Shown: positions 1 to 11,884, counted from the whole stretch's first letter. The stretch is DNA of 62,835 bases, filler included, from Octopus bimaculoides (GCF_001194135.2; 7 parts of 5 records of this genome joined end to end with filler, not necessarily neighbours in it); one strand, 5' to 3'. The notes: a model not told the origin generated them from the sequence alone. Program-made: numbers and translations.

Positions 1-68
1 CCATATAACTGAAGAGATGGTGGCGTGGGTTTCCGCCCCGACATCCGAAACTTGGAGTTTTATCATGG
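1..68 (+). ncRNA. Candidate type I hammerhead ribozyme (probably a Penelope-like pLTR remnant)
   Basis: Stem I CCAT-ATAA(1-8)/TTAT-c-ATGG(60-68); core CTGAAGA (9-15); stem II GATG/CATC enclosing a GGCG/CGCC hairpin; GAAA (47-50); stem III ACT/tgg/AGT; GUU cleavage triplet. One extra C precedes GAAA. Confidence 0.6.
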
Positions 69-586
69 TTACCAAATAATTGTCACATATCATTTACAGA
101 TAAATTCCTCTATTTACATAATATCGAGGTCTCTTTATTCTTTTGTTGTCTTACCTTTTCTATCAATATATATGTAGTAACGCCATGCGCATGCGTAGTC
201 TCACGCATGCGTGGAATTCAACATACCAAGCTTTCCCGCTTTGATCTGTCTCTTTCTTGCTGGCCAGCGATTGAGCAAGGACGTGTTTAGTTGTCTCTCT
301 CCATCTTTCAAACTTACGCTCGACAGCTCGCTTACATCTACATACCAACGTCCCAAACAACCATGCTCACACACACAGAAGCTATAACAACAAACAAGAG
401 CTAAAGATATATATATATTCTACCTTAAATAAATGTTGTTTGTGTTGATAGTCTGGAGTTCAGCGTTCCGTTATATTCTTAATATTATATAGGAAAGTCA
501 GGTATACATCTAATGATGTATAACCCACTTTCCTATATATATATATATACAGGCGTAAGAGTGACTGTGTGGTAAGTAGTTCGCTT

Positions 587-1405
587 GCGCATGCGCTGTT
601 GTTAGTGTTGTTCTTGGCACTTAGGAAGTCGCATGCTATTTTGTAGCTGCGAATTATTGACAAAAAGTTGAAAAAGTGAAGCACAACTACCAGTAAGACG
701 TTTGTGTTTTTGGGATTCAGTGGGAGTTTGTTGCTCGTGTAAATTTATTTTTTTCGAACAAGAAATCTCCACTGAGTTCCACGCATTTGTCTGCCAGTGG
801 TTGTGTTTAAAGTCTCACTTAGCAGTGTGTTTTGGGGGTATATCCCTCCTAAAATTGTGCTATTTTTTGTGACTATTCTGTGCCCTTGCCAAAAGGATTA
901 CCAAGTTGGCCAGGAGTACCAGGACAGCCAGAAGAATTTGCTGTGTTTTTTTAACTGTTTCTTGTCTTTTTCCTTCTCTTCCTTCTTGTTTTGTTGAACT
1001 CTGAACTTTTGTTTCCCGTCCAAGCAGTGGCTGGAAGACCTGGAGAAGAGGGCAGTGGTTCTACGGACCTATTCTAGGTCATGTGATGCCATTGCCCTCT
1101 TCGATAGGGATATCATTGAAAAAGAGTTGGCAAGGTGCTTGCCAGCTTCCAGGGGAGTTGAACACGCAATGGTGTGGTTGCTGTTTGACTCCCCTGAAGA
1201 AACTTGCAATGTGGCAAGCCAGCCCCTAGAAGGGGAGAAGATTTTGTTCCTTCCCACATATTGTGGGAAAAAAGTGATGAGGGCTTGGGTCTGTGGGCTG
1301 CCGCCCAGTTCATTTTTGTCGTTATCATCCTCATCACATTAATGTCTTTGTCCAGCCCGCAGCTACTATTCTGTGTACTCCCCTTGTGACAAATTGAATA
1401 AAATA
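587..1405 (+). mobile_element. Internally deleted L1/Tx1-like retroelement (5' region, ORF1 fragment, 3' end) inserted in SINE A
   Basis: Flanked by a 13-bp near-duplication (aagtagttcgctt 574-586 / aagtagcttgctt 1406-1418) and ends in aataaaataa. It carries the ORF1-like frame ...LEDLEKRAVVLRTYSRSC...LFLPTYCGKKVMRAWVCGLPP (~1030-1310). The clade assignment is from recalled resemblance only. Confidence 0.55.
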
Positions 1406-1559
1406 AAGTAGCTTGCTTACGAACCACATGATTCCGGGTTCATCCCACTGCGTGGCACCTTGGACAAGTGTCTTCTACTATAGCTTCGGGCCGACCAAAG
1501 CCTTGTGAGTGGATTTGGTAGACGGAAACTGAAAGAAGTCAATCGTATATATGTATATG

Positions 1560-2400
1560 TATATATGTGCAAAGGAAGGTTAACTAGGATGTTAGTTTTC
1601 GTTTGTAGCAGATGTTCAGGAGCTATAAACACTGTGAATGTGCAGAAAACAACTTCTGCCACATTCCAGGGAGAAAAACTAGAAGTGGTTAATAGCTTCC
1701 GCTATCTTGGGGACCAAATTAGTAGTGGGGGTGGGTGCACTGAAAGTGTAGCTGCTAGAATAAGAATAGCCTGGGCAAAGTTCAGAGAGCTTTTACCTCT
1801 GCTGGCGACAAAGGGCCTCTCGCTCAGAGTAAAAGGCAGACAGTATGACGCATGTGTATGAACAGCCATGCTTCATGGCTGTGAAACATGGGCCGTAACT
1901 GCCGAGGACATGCGTAAGCTTGCAAGGAATGAAGCCAGTATGCTCCGATGGATGTGTAATGTCAGTGTGCATACTAGACAGAGTGTTAATACCTTGAGAT
2001 AAAAGTTGAACTTACGAAGCATCAGTTGTGGTGTGCAAGATAGACGATTGCGCTGGTATGGTCATGTAGCGAGAATGGATGAGGATAGCTGTGTGAAAAA
2101 GTGCCACACCCTAGCAGTGGAGGGAACCTGTGGAAGAGGTAGACCCAGCAAGACCTGGGATGAGGTGGTGAGGCACGACTTTCGAACATTGGGCCTCATC
2201 GAGGCGATGACTTCTGACCGAGACCTTCGGAAATATGCTGTGCGTGAGAAAACCAGGCAAGCCAAGTGAGACCTAAATCGAAGGCCTCAGGCAGCCCACT
2301 TATACGTACCTTCCTTCATTGGACACTAAACTCCGCTTGCGAAGACCTGTTGAGGCAAGTGAAATCGAAATCGAATTAAATTCGACGACTGGCACCTATG
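1560..2400 (+). mobile_element. 5'-truncated RTE-clade LINE (end of RT and C-terminal domain), pseudogenised
   Basis: FRYLGDQISSGGGC...ARIRIAWAKFREL...MLHGCETW...RRLRWYGHVARMDED...RGRPSKTWDEVV; in-frame stops at ~1859 and ~1999; natural stop at 2269. Confidence 0.9.
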
Positions 2401-2959
2401 NNNNNNNNNNNNNNNNNNNNNNNNNNNNNNNNNNNNNNNNNNNNNNNNNNNNNNNNNNNNNNNNNNNNNNNNNNNNNNNNNNNNNNNNNNNNNNNNNNNN
2501 NNNNNNNNNNNNNNNNNNNNNNNNNNNNNNNNNNNNNNNNNNNNNNNNNNNNNNNNNNNNNNNNNNNNNNNNNNNNNNNNNNNNNNNNNNNNNNNNNNNN
2601 NNNNNNNNNNNNNNNNNNNNNNNNNNNNNNNNNNNNNNNNNNNNNNNNNNNNNNNNNNNNNNNNNNNNNNNNNNNNNNNNNNNNNNNNNNNNNNNNNNNN
2701 NNNNNNNNNNNNNNNNNNNNNNGTGTGTATATATATATATATATATATATGTTTGTGTGTCTGTGTTTGTCCCCCCAACATTGCTTGATAACCGATGCTG
2801 GTGCATTTACATAGCAGTTCAGCAAAAGAGACTGATAGAATAAGTACTAGGCTTACAAAGAATAAGTCCTGGGGTCGATTTGCTCGACTAAAGGCGGTGC
2901 TCCAGCATGGCCACAGTCAAATGCCTGAAACAAGTAAAAGAGTATATTTATATATTTGT

Positions 2960-4795
2960 TTTGCAAGATTTTTTATGTGATTTCATGTGTTGAAACAGAT
3001 ATTGTTATATTTAGGGACGGTCATATTGTCAGTTTAGCCAATGAAAACACACGCACTATATATTTGGTGTTCACTTGCTTCAGCTTTATTTTATATTAAT
3101 TGTATTTCAGCCAGAGTTCTTTCGTCACTCTTCTGTGACCTCATTAGTGGTCCTTTGCTTTCTTCTTTCTTTTTTATGTGTCTCTCCTTACTAACGATCA
3201 GCCATTTTGTATTCCTGTTGTATGTGTCTTTATTTGCGTATGTGTATATCCCTGTGTGTGTGTGTGAATGTGTATGGCCCCTGTTTATACATGTTCGTTT
3301 AATTTACTTTTATTTATTTTATTCATTTGTTTATATCTGCTAACTTTTTCATTTCTTTTTTTTGTATTAGTTTAATTTAATTTAATTTAATTTTATTTAT
3401 GTATATAGTTATTTAATTCCATTTATTTATCTGTGTATTGTATTATTTTCATATTATTATCAGTTTATGGGGATCTTATTCTGTCATAGGTTGTGGTGTG
3501 TGTAGGGGTGGTGGTGCTAGTGAACCATTCTAGTTTTCTATTCAGGCTAGGTTTATCTTCTATTATGTGTTTAGCTTCCATAATTTGTCTAAGTGTTGCG
3601 TCTATTCTATGTGTGGACAAGATTTTAACTTCTATGTTGTTGAGTGAGCCCCCGTGTTCCCGCTCTGCATGCTGGTATAGAACCAATGAGCTCTTCTCTT
3701 CCTTAAGTTCTGTCCAATGCTCATTTATCCACTTTCCTATGCTCCGTGCTGTCTCCCTTATGTACGTTGTTGTCTTGTTACTGCACAGTCCCTCTGTACA
3801 TCTTATACTATTGACTACATTCCTAGCTTTACAGTTTGTTTGTGGGCTAACTCTACATACAATACAGTTTCTATCAGTACAGGGTCTTCTACTAAAAGGG
3901 TAGGTTCTACCGATTAGGGATTTGATAGGGTTACCTGGCCTTTCTACAACCTTAATTCTTAGCTAAAGTTTGTCTAGGGCCCTTCTAAGCAGTATGCCAG
4001 TTTGCCTCTAGGGGTGGTGTCGACGAACATGACACTCTGGTATTTGTGGCTATCATACCATGAGTTGGCTTTCCCTATTTTCTTCTTAGTCCTTTCAATG
4101 GTGTTCCATGACTTGCTTCTATAGAGTGGGCAAATTCCATTCCTATTGTTACATATGATAGTTTCAAATTTCCTCATGGCTCATTTATATACTCTGATCC
4201 TTTCTCTATGGCTGTATCTTGAGAACTGCATGTGGTGAACAAAGTGTTGTATGTGTCTCTTTAACTCTGTAGGGTCGCACATGCGGGACACATTTCTCAT
4301 TACTCTGTTGAGGTTTGCCATCAATATATTGAATTTGGCATTGTCCATGATAGCTGAGTTCCGGCGGATCAGATATTTGGAGGCCATAGGTTTGGCATAG
4401 TGTGAATGGAGGATTTGGGTTTTATTATTCAGTTTCCAGCCAGAGTTCTGTATCTGGTATTGGTAGTCTATGGTTAGGGTGTTTCATAGGGTAATCTTGG
4501 TGATGCTAACCCCGATGGCTACCACCTCATTCTGGGCATATATTTTGCTGTTAAGCTTAAATATGTAGCCTTTTAGGGTAACTCTTATACTAGCTCCTAG
4601 TGCATGTGCAATCATTTTTGGGGATCCGTATGGCTCTGGTATATCTGCTCCATTTCTCTATAGAGGTCTTCCTAGCTATAGATGTAATTGTAGGTGGGGG
4701 TCTACCTCTTAAACATCTACAGGGGCAGAAACTGGGACAATAACTTCTAAGGTCATGTTTCATTGGCTTAACTGGCAACATCCCCAAATACAACA
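2960..4795 (-). mobile_element. Penelope-like element (5'-truncated RT, GIY-YIG endonuclease, 3' pLTR), decayed
   Basis: RT-like YIFKLNSKIYAQNEVVAIGL, then NILMANLNRVMRNVS...FSRYS, VMFVDTTPRGKLA, and an endonuclease C-terminus LYQHAEREHGG...RQIMEAKHIIEDKPSLNRKLEW ending at ~3465. The downstream segment (~2990-3215) is homologous to 23817-24037 and contains a hammerhead motif. Confidence 0.85.
3110..3153 (-). ncRNA. Hammerhead-ribozyme motif in the PLE 3' pLTR, core mutated (CTAATGA)
   Basis: Minus strand reads GGACCA CTAATGA G GTCAC agaaga GTGAC GAAA G aa CTC TGGC. It is the same motif as 23879-23923 but with G5 changed to A. Confidence 0.6.
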
Positions 4796-4813
4796 ATATA
4801 TATATATATATAT

Positions 4814-4913
4814 NNNNNNNNNNNNNNNNNNNNNNNNNNNNNNNNNNNNNNNNNNNNTTAATTAATTAANNNNNNNNNNNNNNNNNNNNNNNNNNNNNNN
4901 NNNNNNNNNNNNN
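4814..4913. other. Artificial 100-bp scaffold spacer N44-TTAATTAATTAA-N44 (also 14483-14582, 18958-19057, 30131-30230, 43969-44068, 54667-54766)
   Basis: Six copies with identical geometry. The 12-mer has stop codons in all six frames. Confidence 0.95.
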
Positions 4914-5483
4914 TATATATATACCAATATATATCTATGTGTGCATGGTGTGTGTTTGTATGCATTTGTAAGTGTGTGTGTATGTATAGCTATAAATACA
5001 GATTTTGTCATGTTTGCTGTTACAATTTTTCTACCTCATATTTGTCTGTTGATTGTGAACTGCATGCAATAGTAGCCATATGTATGTATAAATCAGTTTA
5101 TAGCCACAAATATATGTAGTTATGTATATCTATTGTATTCTAATATACTAACTTTTTAATGTATATATTGTTTCTGAAAATATATAGATTATATACATAT
5201 ATATATTGTGTTCTGTTTTTTATGCTGTCAGATTATAATGTTTCACAATTCCACTGTTGATATTTGTTATCTTGTGTTGTTTTATTTTATTTGAATGGGT
5301 CGAACAGGTTTAGCAAACAAATTTTCAAAATGCTTTCAGCAGTTGTAGAGCTCCAGTGTGTTTTCATCTTGGTATTTATTTTTTATAATGAGAAACGAAA
5401 ATTATTGAAAGCAATTTCAATTTAGGGGATTTTTATGCAATTACAAACCTTTAAAATCTTACGCAATCTGTTATTACATGGTT

Positions 5484-5763
5484 TTTAGCATTGCTCTTTC
5501 CTTGCCCAATAAGGTCAAGTGTGGAGCATCTTTAGCATTGCTCTTGGTTTACTAGGTCAGGTCAAATGTGGAGCATTTTTAGCATTGCTCTTGGTTTACT
5601 AGGTCAGGTCAAATGTGAAGCATTTTTAGCATTGCTCTTGGTTTACTAGGTCAGGTCAAATGTGGAGCATTTTTAGCATTGCTCTTGGTTTGCTAGGTCA
5701 GGTCAAATGTGAAGTATTTTTAGCATTGCTCTTGGCTTGCTAGGTCAGGTCAAATGGGGAGCA
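5484..5763. repeat. 47-bp minisatellite, about 6 copies
   Basis: Unit ttttagcattgctcttggtttactaggtcaggtcaaatgtggagcat; agcattgctc recurs at 5534, 5581, 5628 and onward. The first copy is divergent. Confidence 0.95.
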
Positions 5764-5882
5764 TGCACCATTGCAGCGCATCACTGTATCCACTCTGTTT
5801 TTGTATCTATTTAGTTCGTCCTGGTCTACTCAAGCAGTTTCTATTAAACCTGATGACCAAAACACAAAATAAACCTGAATAT

Positions 5883-6268
5883 TGTTGTTGTTGGCACTCC
5901 GTCGCTTACGACGTCGAGGGTTCCAGTTGATCCGATCAACGGAACAGCCTGCTCGTGAAATTAACGTGCAAGTGGCTGAGCACTCCATAGACACGTGTAC
6001 CCTTAACGTAGTTCTCGGGGATATTCAGCGTGACACAGTGTGACAAGGCTGACCCTTTGAATTACAGGCACAACAGAAACAGGAAGAAAGAGTGAGAGAA
6101 AGTTGTGGTGGAAGAGTACAGCAGGGTTTGCCACCATCCCCTGCCGGAGCCTCGTGGAGCTTTAGGTGTTTTCGCTCAATAAACACTCACAACGCCCGGT
6201 CTGGGAATCGAAACCGCGATCCTATGACCGCTTGTCCGCTGCCCTAACCACTGGGCCATTGCGCCTCC
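5883..6268 (-). mobile_element. Full-length tRNA-head SINE family B with target-site duplication
   Basis: Head ggaggcgcaatggcccagtggttagggcagcggac..tcgcggtttcgattccc (A/B-box-like) and (CAA)n tail; perfect 12-bp TSD aaacctgaatat at 5871-5882 and 6269-6280. Confidence 0.9.
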
Positions 6269-8530
6269 AAACCTGAATATATATATGATACAATAAACAT
6301 GGAAACAAAACTCTAGCAACACAAAAAAGGAGATCACATGGAACATCATGTTATACAGACACTGTTGATTCTCCTGAGAACCACAAAGAAAATTTCTAAA
6401 CTTACCCCAAGCCTAAGATAAGCAAGTCCCCAAATAATTAATTAATTTCCATTAATCTCAAAATTATAAATACCACCATAGTAGCTCAATGAAAATATAA
6501 TACTGTTGTGATTTGTTGGTTTAATAATTTGGAGAATAAAGCACATGTATATTTACCCAATTTGACATAGCAGAATAGTACCCATTTATATTTAAAAGTC
6601 CTCTCTTGAAAGCCTTTGAAATTATAATAGAATATAGCACCACCAGCAACCTTGATATTAGTATCAACGCCAGGAAGTTGACCCTATTTCACAGCAACTC
6701 ACATTTAATCAAAAATGAAGGCGACCTTGTATCGATATCTAAATAGAGAAATGGGATGATCATGAATGGACTGGTCACAACTCTTCATTATAGAAAATAC
6801 GAACAAGTGTACAATACCCTATATATTTAGATTATACATATAGATCGTGTTCAATACATATTCTGAGGAAGAGGTGATTTTAGAAAGTACCTAATTTGAT
6901 ATTTAAGAAGAATAATCCTTTCTACTATAGGCACAAGGCCTGAAATTTGGTGGGAGGGGGAGCAATCAATTAAATCGATCCCAGTACGCAACTAGTACTT
7001 AATTTATCGATCCTGAAAGGATGAAAGGCAAAGTCGACCTCGGCGGATAACTAAGAAGAAGAATATGAACATCTGCATCATGTGTGACCCAAGATCCATT
7101 AGTTTCTTTTGTAGAACACTAGAACTTAACCCTAAAACCACTACCCATACAGAAATCCAAACGAAGGTACCACACACATAAATAAAATCTCCAGCCACTA
7201 TCAGGCATTATAAGAAAAATAGTAAATAAAATGAGTAGAAAAATAGCCAACTTACCATTCAATGGGAATATTTTCAACCCCTCTGCCCTCGATTACATGG
7301 CTTCATTACAAAAAAAGTGAATTTATGTAGCAAGCTGTTTATAAGAAACGCTTCTTAGAAACTAGAAGATCAAGTAAAAAGCGGAATATTATATCGTTTA
7401 ACATAGAAAGAAAAAGATCTACAACCATCCTGTCATTTGTTAAACACTTTCCAATTACACATAAATTTCACACGCTTTTCAACCGAAAAATAACAAACCG
7501 GATATTATTTCTTGGTCGACACTGGTTAACAGATCACAGAACACAACCGAAAATACGTAACCAGCAAACCCTCGTCCCCAACCCAATACTCTAGCCAACC
7601 AACAAATTGTATTTGAAGAACTGCACACTAAGCAGTTACTGCTCTCTTAAGTCGCTCATATAGACATTGTATTCAGAGAAAGTATAGTGGACTTACAGAG
7701 CATATATTTAAGTGCAGATAGAACCAGCATATTTACGCCTTCAGATCTAGAGAGAGAACTTCTATTACCTCTCTTTCACAGTACGTTTGAACATCGGTGA
7801 ATAGTGGAATGGAAAATGGCTCTATAGTTTGGAGCCTACTTTGTCACCGCATCCTGTTTACCAATGGTGAAAAAATTGTGTTGGATTAATTGGAGATTTA
7901 CTCTGCCCCCAAAATCATTGTTCCCGAAAACATGGGATGGAATGTGGAGACTCTGCAAACATGGGGAAAATACATTCTTTAAAAAGCTGTTTATTTTGCT
8001 ATAGTAAAAAATTTTAATTGCAAAAGAAATTTTATTTTTAACCGCCGAAAACTTGTACCATATACATCTGCTCTCCTTAGATAACTTCTTCTATGACCCA
8101 CGGAGCACTGAATCTCACCACTTGACCTGAAGCAAATAATGATGGCCAAGAACCAGTAACAGTTTTATACGTCATCTTGCCAGCTAGAATTAGGCCCACG
8201 AGCCTGAACGAGTGTAACGCACGAAAAATCGTGCAGGCTGGAAGTGAGTTAACTCCGTCTTCCGAATTTCCCATAAAATATTAATGAAATCGAGTGCATA
8301 GTAAAAGACACTTGCTCAATGGGCATTGAAGAGGGACAGAATATGGGACCACTTAATAGCGGAGCGGATTTCTTAACCACATTGATAATATAACGAGAAG
8401 TAAAATATACAATACTCTGATGTAGAGATGAGTGGTGACTGATGTAGAGTCGTAAGACAAAACAAAGTAAAAATAAATATACTGTTGTAAAATTGTGATT
8501 AAAGAATTATCAAACTGGAAGAATGTCATT

Positions 8531-8740
8531 AAGGGTTAGCATCAATATAACTGGCACCCTGTCGGTTATGACGACGAGGGTTCAATTTGCTCCGGTCAAC
8601 AGAACAGCCTTCTCGTGAAATTAACATGTAAATGGCTGATCTCTTCACAAACACGTGTACCCTTAACATATCAGTAGTTTTCAGGGAGATTGAGTGTGAC
8701 ACATAATGTGGCACGGCTGGCCCCTTTCAATTACAGGTAC
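8531..8740 (-). mobile_element. Degenerate 3' half of SINE family B
   Basis: Matches ...gggtacacgtg..ttaatttcacga..gctgttc.gttga.cgga..aa.tg.accctcgtcgtc of the full copies. Confidence 0.7.
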
Positions 8741-8762
8741 GGGAAATAAAATATCTTGCACA

Positions 8763-8926
8763 AGGCGTAGGAGTGGCTATGTGGTAAGTATCTTCCTTAC
8801 CAACCACATGGTGCCGGGTTCAGTCCCACTGCGTGGCATCTTGGGCAAATGTCTTCTACTATAGCCTCGGGCCGACCAAAGCCTTGTGAGTGGATGTGGT
8901 AGACGGAAACTGAAAGAAGCCCGTCG

Positions 8927-9008
<82 letters not shown>

Positions 9009-9219
9009 TGTGTCTGTGCTTGTCCCCCCAACATCGCTTGACAACCGATGCTGGTGTGTTTATGTCCCCGTAGCTTAGCGGTTCGGCAAAAGTGACCGAT
9101 AGAATAAGTACTAGGCTTCCAAAGAATAAGTCCTGGGGTCGATTTGCTCGACTAAAGGCGGTGCTCCAGCATGGCCGCAGTCAAAAGACTGAAACAAGTA
9201 AAAGAGTAAAAGAGTAAAG
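8763..9219 (+). mobile_element. Full-length SINE family A with internal (TA)n(TG)n microsatellite
   Basis: tRNA-like head (gtggctatgtggtaag...gggttcagtccc), conserved body and (aaagagt)n tail. Confidence 0.9.
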
Positions 9220-9830
9220 AGTAAGGACACAACGCGCTGCCGGGAATCGATCTCCCGACCAATATGATCGTGGGCAGAATACCCTAAGTAACAAGTCACG
9301 TGCCTTCACTAACATAAATATATGTTTGTGCGAGCAAACACACCGATGCACCTCACAGATGTTTATATGGGTGTGTATGCGAGTGTCTTGTGCATGAGTG
9401 TTTACCTCTATGTGTGCGCGCGCAGGTGCTCATAAATACATGTCTATACATGAAAGCACGTGCTTACGTGCGTATACGGATAGTTTTTTTTATACACAAA
9501 TTGCTTTTGAAGTCGCATGTTGCTAAGTTACAGGACACTATTCCATTGTTGTATGTCGAGGGTGCAATTTGATTTTTAACCCTTGCTTTACAATTTGCAT
9601 CTCTGTTAATCATGTGTCCAGTTCCGTGTGCAAAGGATGAAGTAGTAATTTCCACACCACAACAAATATATGTGCGTACGTGCGTGTGCATGTGTGTGTG
9701 TGTGTGTGTGTGTGCGTGCGTGTATGCACATGTATATATATATTAAACTTTACAAGAGAAGGGACACTGACCTCAAGGTCTGACCTTCTATCAATTTCTC
9801 TCTCTCTATCTCTCTATCTCTCTATCAGTG

Positions 9831-9901
<71 letters not shown>

Positions 9902-10724
9902 NNNNNNNNNNNNNNNNNNNNNNNNNNNNNNNNNNNNNNNNNNNNNNNNNNNNNNNNNNNNNNNNNNNNNNNNNNNNNNNNNNNNNNNNNNNNNNNNNNN
10001 NNNNNNNNNNNNNNNNNNNNNNNNNNNNNNNNNNNNNNNNNNNNNNNNNNNNNNNNNNNNNNNNNNNNNNNNNNNNNNNNNNNNNNNNNNNNNNNNNNNN
10101 NNNNNNNNNNNNNNNNNNNNNNNNNNNNNNNNNNNNNNNNNNNNNNNNNNNNNNNNNNNNNNNNNNNNNNNNNNNNNNNNNNNNNNNNNNNNNNNNNNNN
10201 NNNNNNNNNNNNNNNNNNNNNNNNNNNNNNNNNNNNNNNNNNNNNNNNNNNNNNNNNNNNNNNNNNNNNNNNNNNNNNNNNNNNNNNNNNNNNNNNNNNN
10301 NNNNNNNNNNNNNNNNNNNNNNNNNNNNNNNNNNNNNNNNNNNNNNNNNNAATGCAGAAGTCGGTGTCTGATCAGACAGTAAAATAGCTGTATAAATGCT
10401 TCTCCCTCTTCTACTAATACTATCTCGACTGCAAGTATTATGTCGGAGATTCTTTCTCTCCTAGAAGAGCTGTCTCCCCCCCCCCCACGGCTTTGTCAAA
10501 AATTACGGGGGCCTCTTCTACTCCAGTGAGATCTATTCAACTCATAGTTGGAATACTGTGTGGGGGTTTATAAGAGAGTTTATAAATGATAGGAAAGTTT
10601 GTGGGTGGATGAGTGAATTTGGTGTTGCTCAAAGGGGTACGGAAACCAGCATGATACATACATACAGGCTACTACTTGCCTCTGGGGGTACGATGTAGTT
10701 GTAAAGACTATTTATAATCATTTC

Positions 10725-10935
10725 TACTATAGGCACAAGGCCTGAAATTTTGAGGGTGGGGGCCAGTTGATTAGAGCGACCCCGGTACGCAACTGTAACT
10801 TAATTTATCGATCCCAAAAGGATCAAAGGCTAAGTCGACCGCGGCGGAATTTAAACTCAGAACGGAGCGACGGGCGAAACACCGCAAAGCATTTTGGCCA
10901 GTGAGCTTACGATTCTGCCAGCTCGCCGCCATTTT
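10725..10935 (-). mobile_element. SINE family C copy (other copies or fragments at about 6910-7047, 25920-26260, 34310-34480, 43160-43620, 48610-48950, 50200-50835, 58690-58830)
   Basis: Shared core gttctgagttcaaattccgccgaggtcgactttgcctttcatcctttcggggtcgataaattaagtacc, seen here as its reverse complement. Confidence 0.8.
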
Positions 10936-11589
10936 ATAATGCTATCCGTAGGAAGGACTGCCCGAGCGTATAGATCAAAGGCTTGTCAAAACCAAGGACT
11001 ACTATTGGAACGGTACACGGACGGAATGCCGAATGCAGTTTTGCCGAAGGACAAGAAGCCAAAGCCAAGAAGCCGAACGGACACAATGCCGAAAGGAAAT
11101 AAAGCCGAATGGACAAGATGCCGAAAAGACAAACGAAAATATATGATAATCGTTTTATCCCACAATATGACCATTTGACAGACTAAAATGGTCATTCAAC
11201 TATGTAGGTAGGAATGTTTTTGTTTTGTTTTTTATCATGTCTCCGTTCGGCTTCATGTCCGTTCGACATTGTGTCTCCATAACGCCTGCCAACCGAGCGT
11301 CTCCCTCTTCAAAAGTAGATTTGAATTGCATTTCATCTCTTATTACATAAATTTTAATCTACATTTTTAAAACTTATTTCACAAATAATTCTTCAGTCAA
11401 TTAGCTCAAATAAGCAAGTTCCATCTACCCATCCATCCATTTTCGCCGACCACTGTTTTCAGGAGGGTAGTGGCTTATCCCTGCTTATCTAGTGGGTAGA
11501 TCCCTCAGGCACCTCTTCCATAGGGTCCTATCAGAAACAACCGTCATTAAACTTTCCATCTGGATTCCCAAACGTAATCTTTATTTTTT

Positions 11590-11845
11590 TTTATCTTTTA
11601 CTTGTTTCAATCATTGGTCTGTGGCCATGCTGGGGCACCACTTTGAAGGGGCTTAGACGAACTAATCGACCCTTGTACATATTTTTTCGTTCTTTTTAGC
11701 CTGTGGCTTATTCTGTTGCTCTTTTTAAACCGCTAAGTTCCAGAGACACAAACAAACCAGCACCGGTTGCCAAGTGTAGGCGGGGGACAAACACACCAGG
11801 TTGTCAACCGATGTTGGGGGGACAAACACAGACACACAGACATAT

Positions 11846-11884
<39 letters not shown>
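11590..11884 (-). mobile_element. SINE family A 3' half running into a gap
   Basis: Reverse complement of the tail and body (ggccatgctggggcacc...gggggacaaacacagacac). Confidence 0.75.

Larger units (their letters stand above)
551..2945 (+). mobile_element. tRNA-head SINE family A, split by two nested insertions (pieces 551-586, 1406-~1560, 2723-2945)
   Basis: The three pieces match the intact copy at 8763-9219 colinearly: head aggcg..gtggtaagtag, body cttgggcaagtgtcttctactatag..., tail ...gctccagcatggcc..gaaacaagtaaaagag. Confidence 0.8.

Noticed and set aside
5484-5763. Regular repeat resembling a CRISPR array
   Set aside because: The units are contiguous with no unique spacers, the context is eukaryotic and there are no cas genes.
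10351-10690. Possible LINE C-terminal remnant after a gap
   Set aside because: Only a vague resemblance to a zinc-knuckle region; no diagnostic motif could be read.
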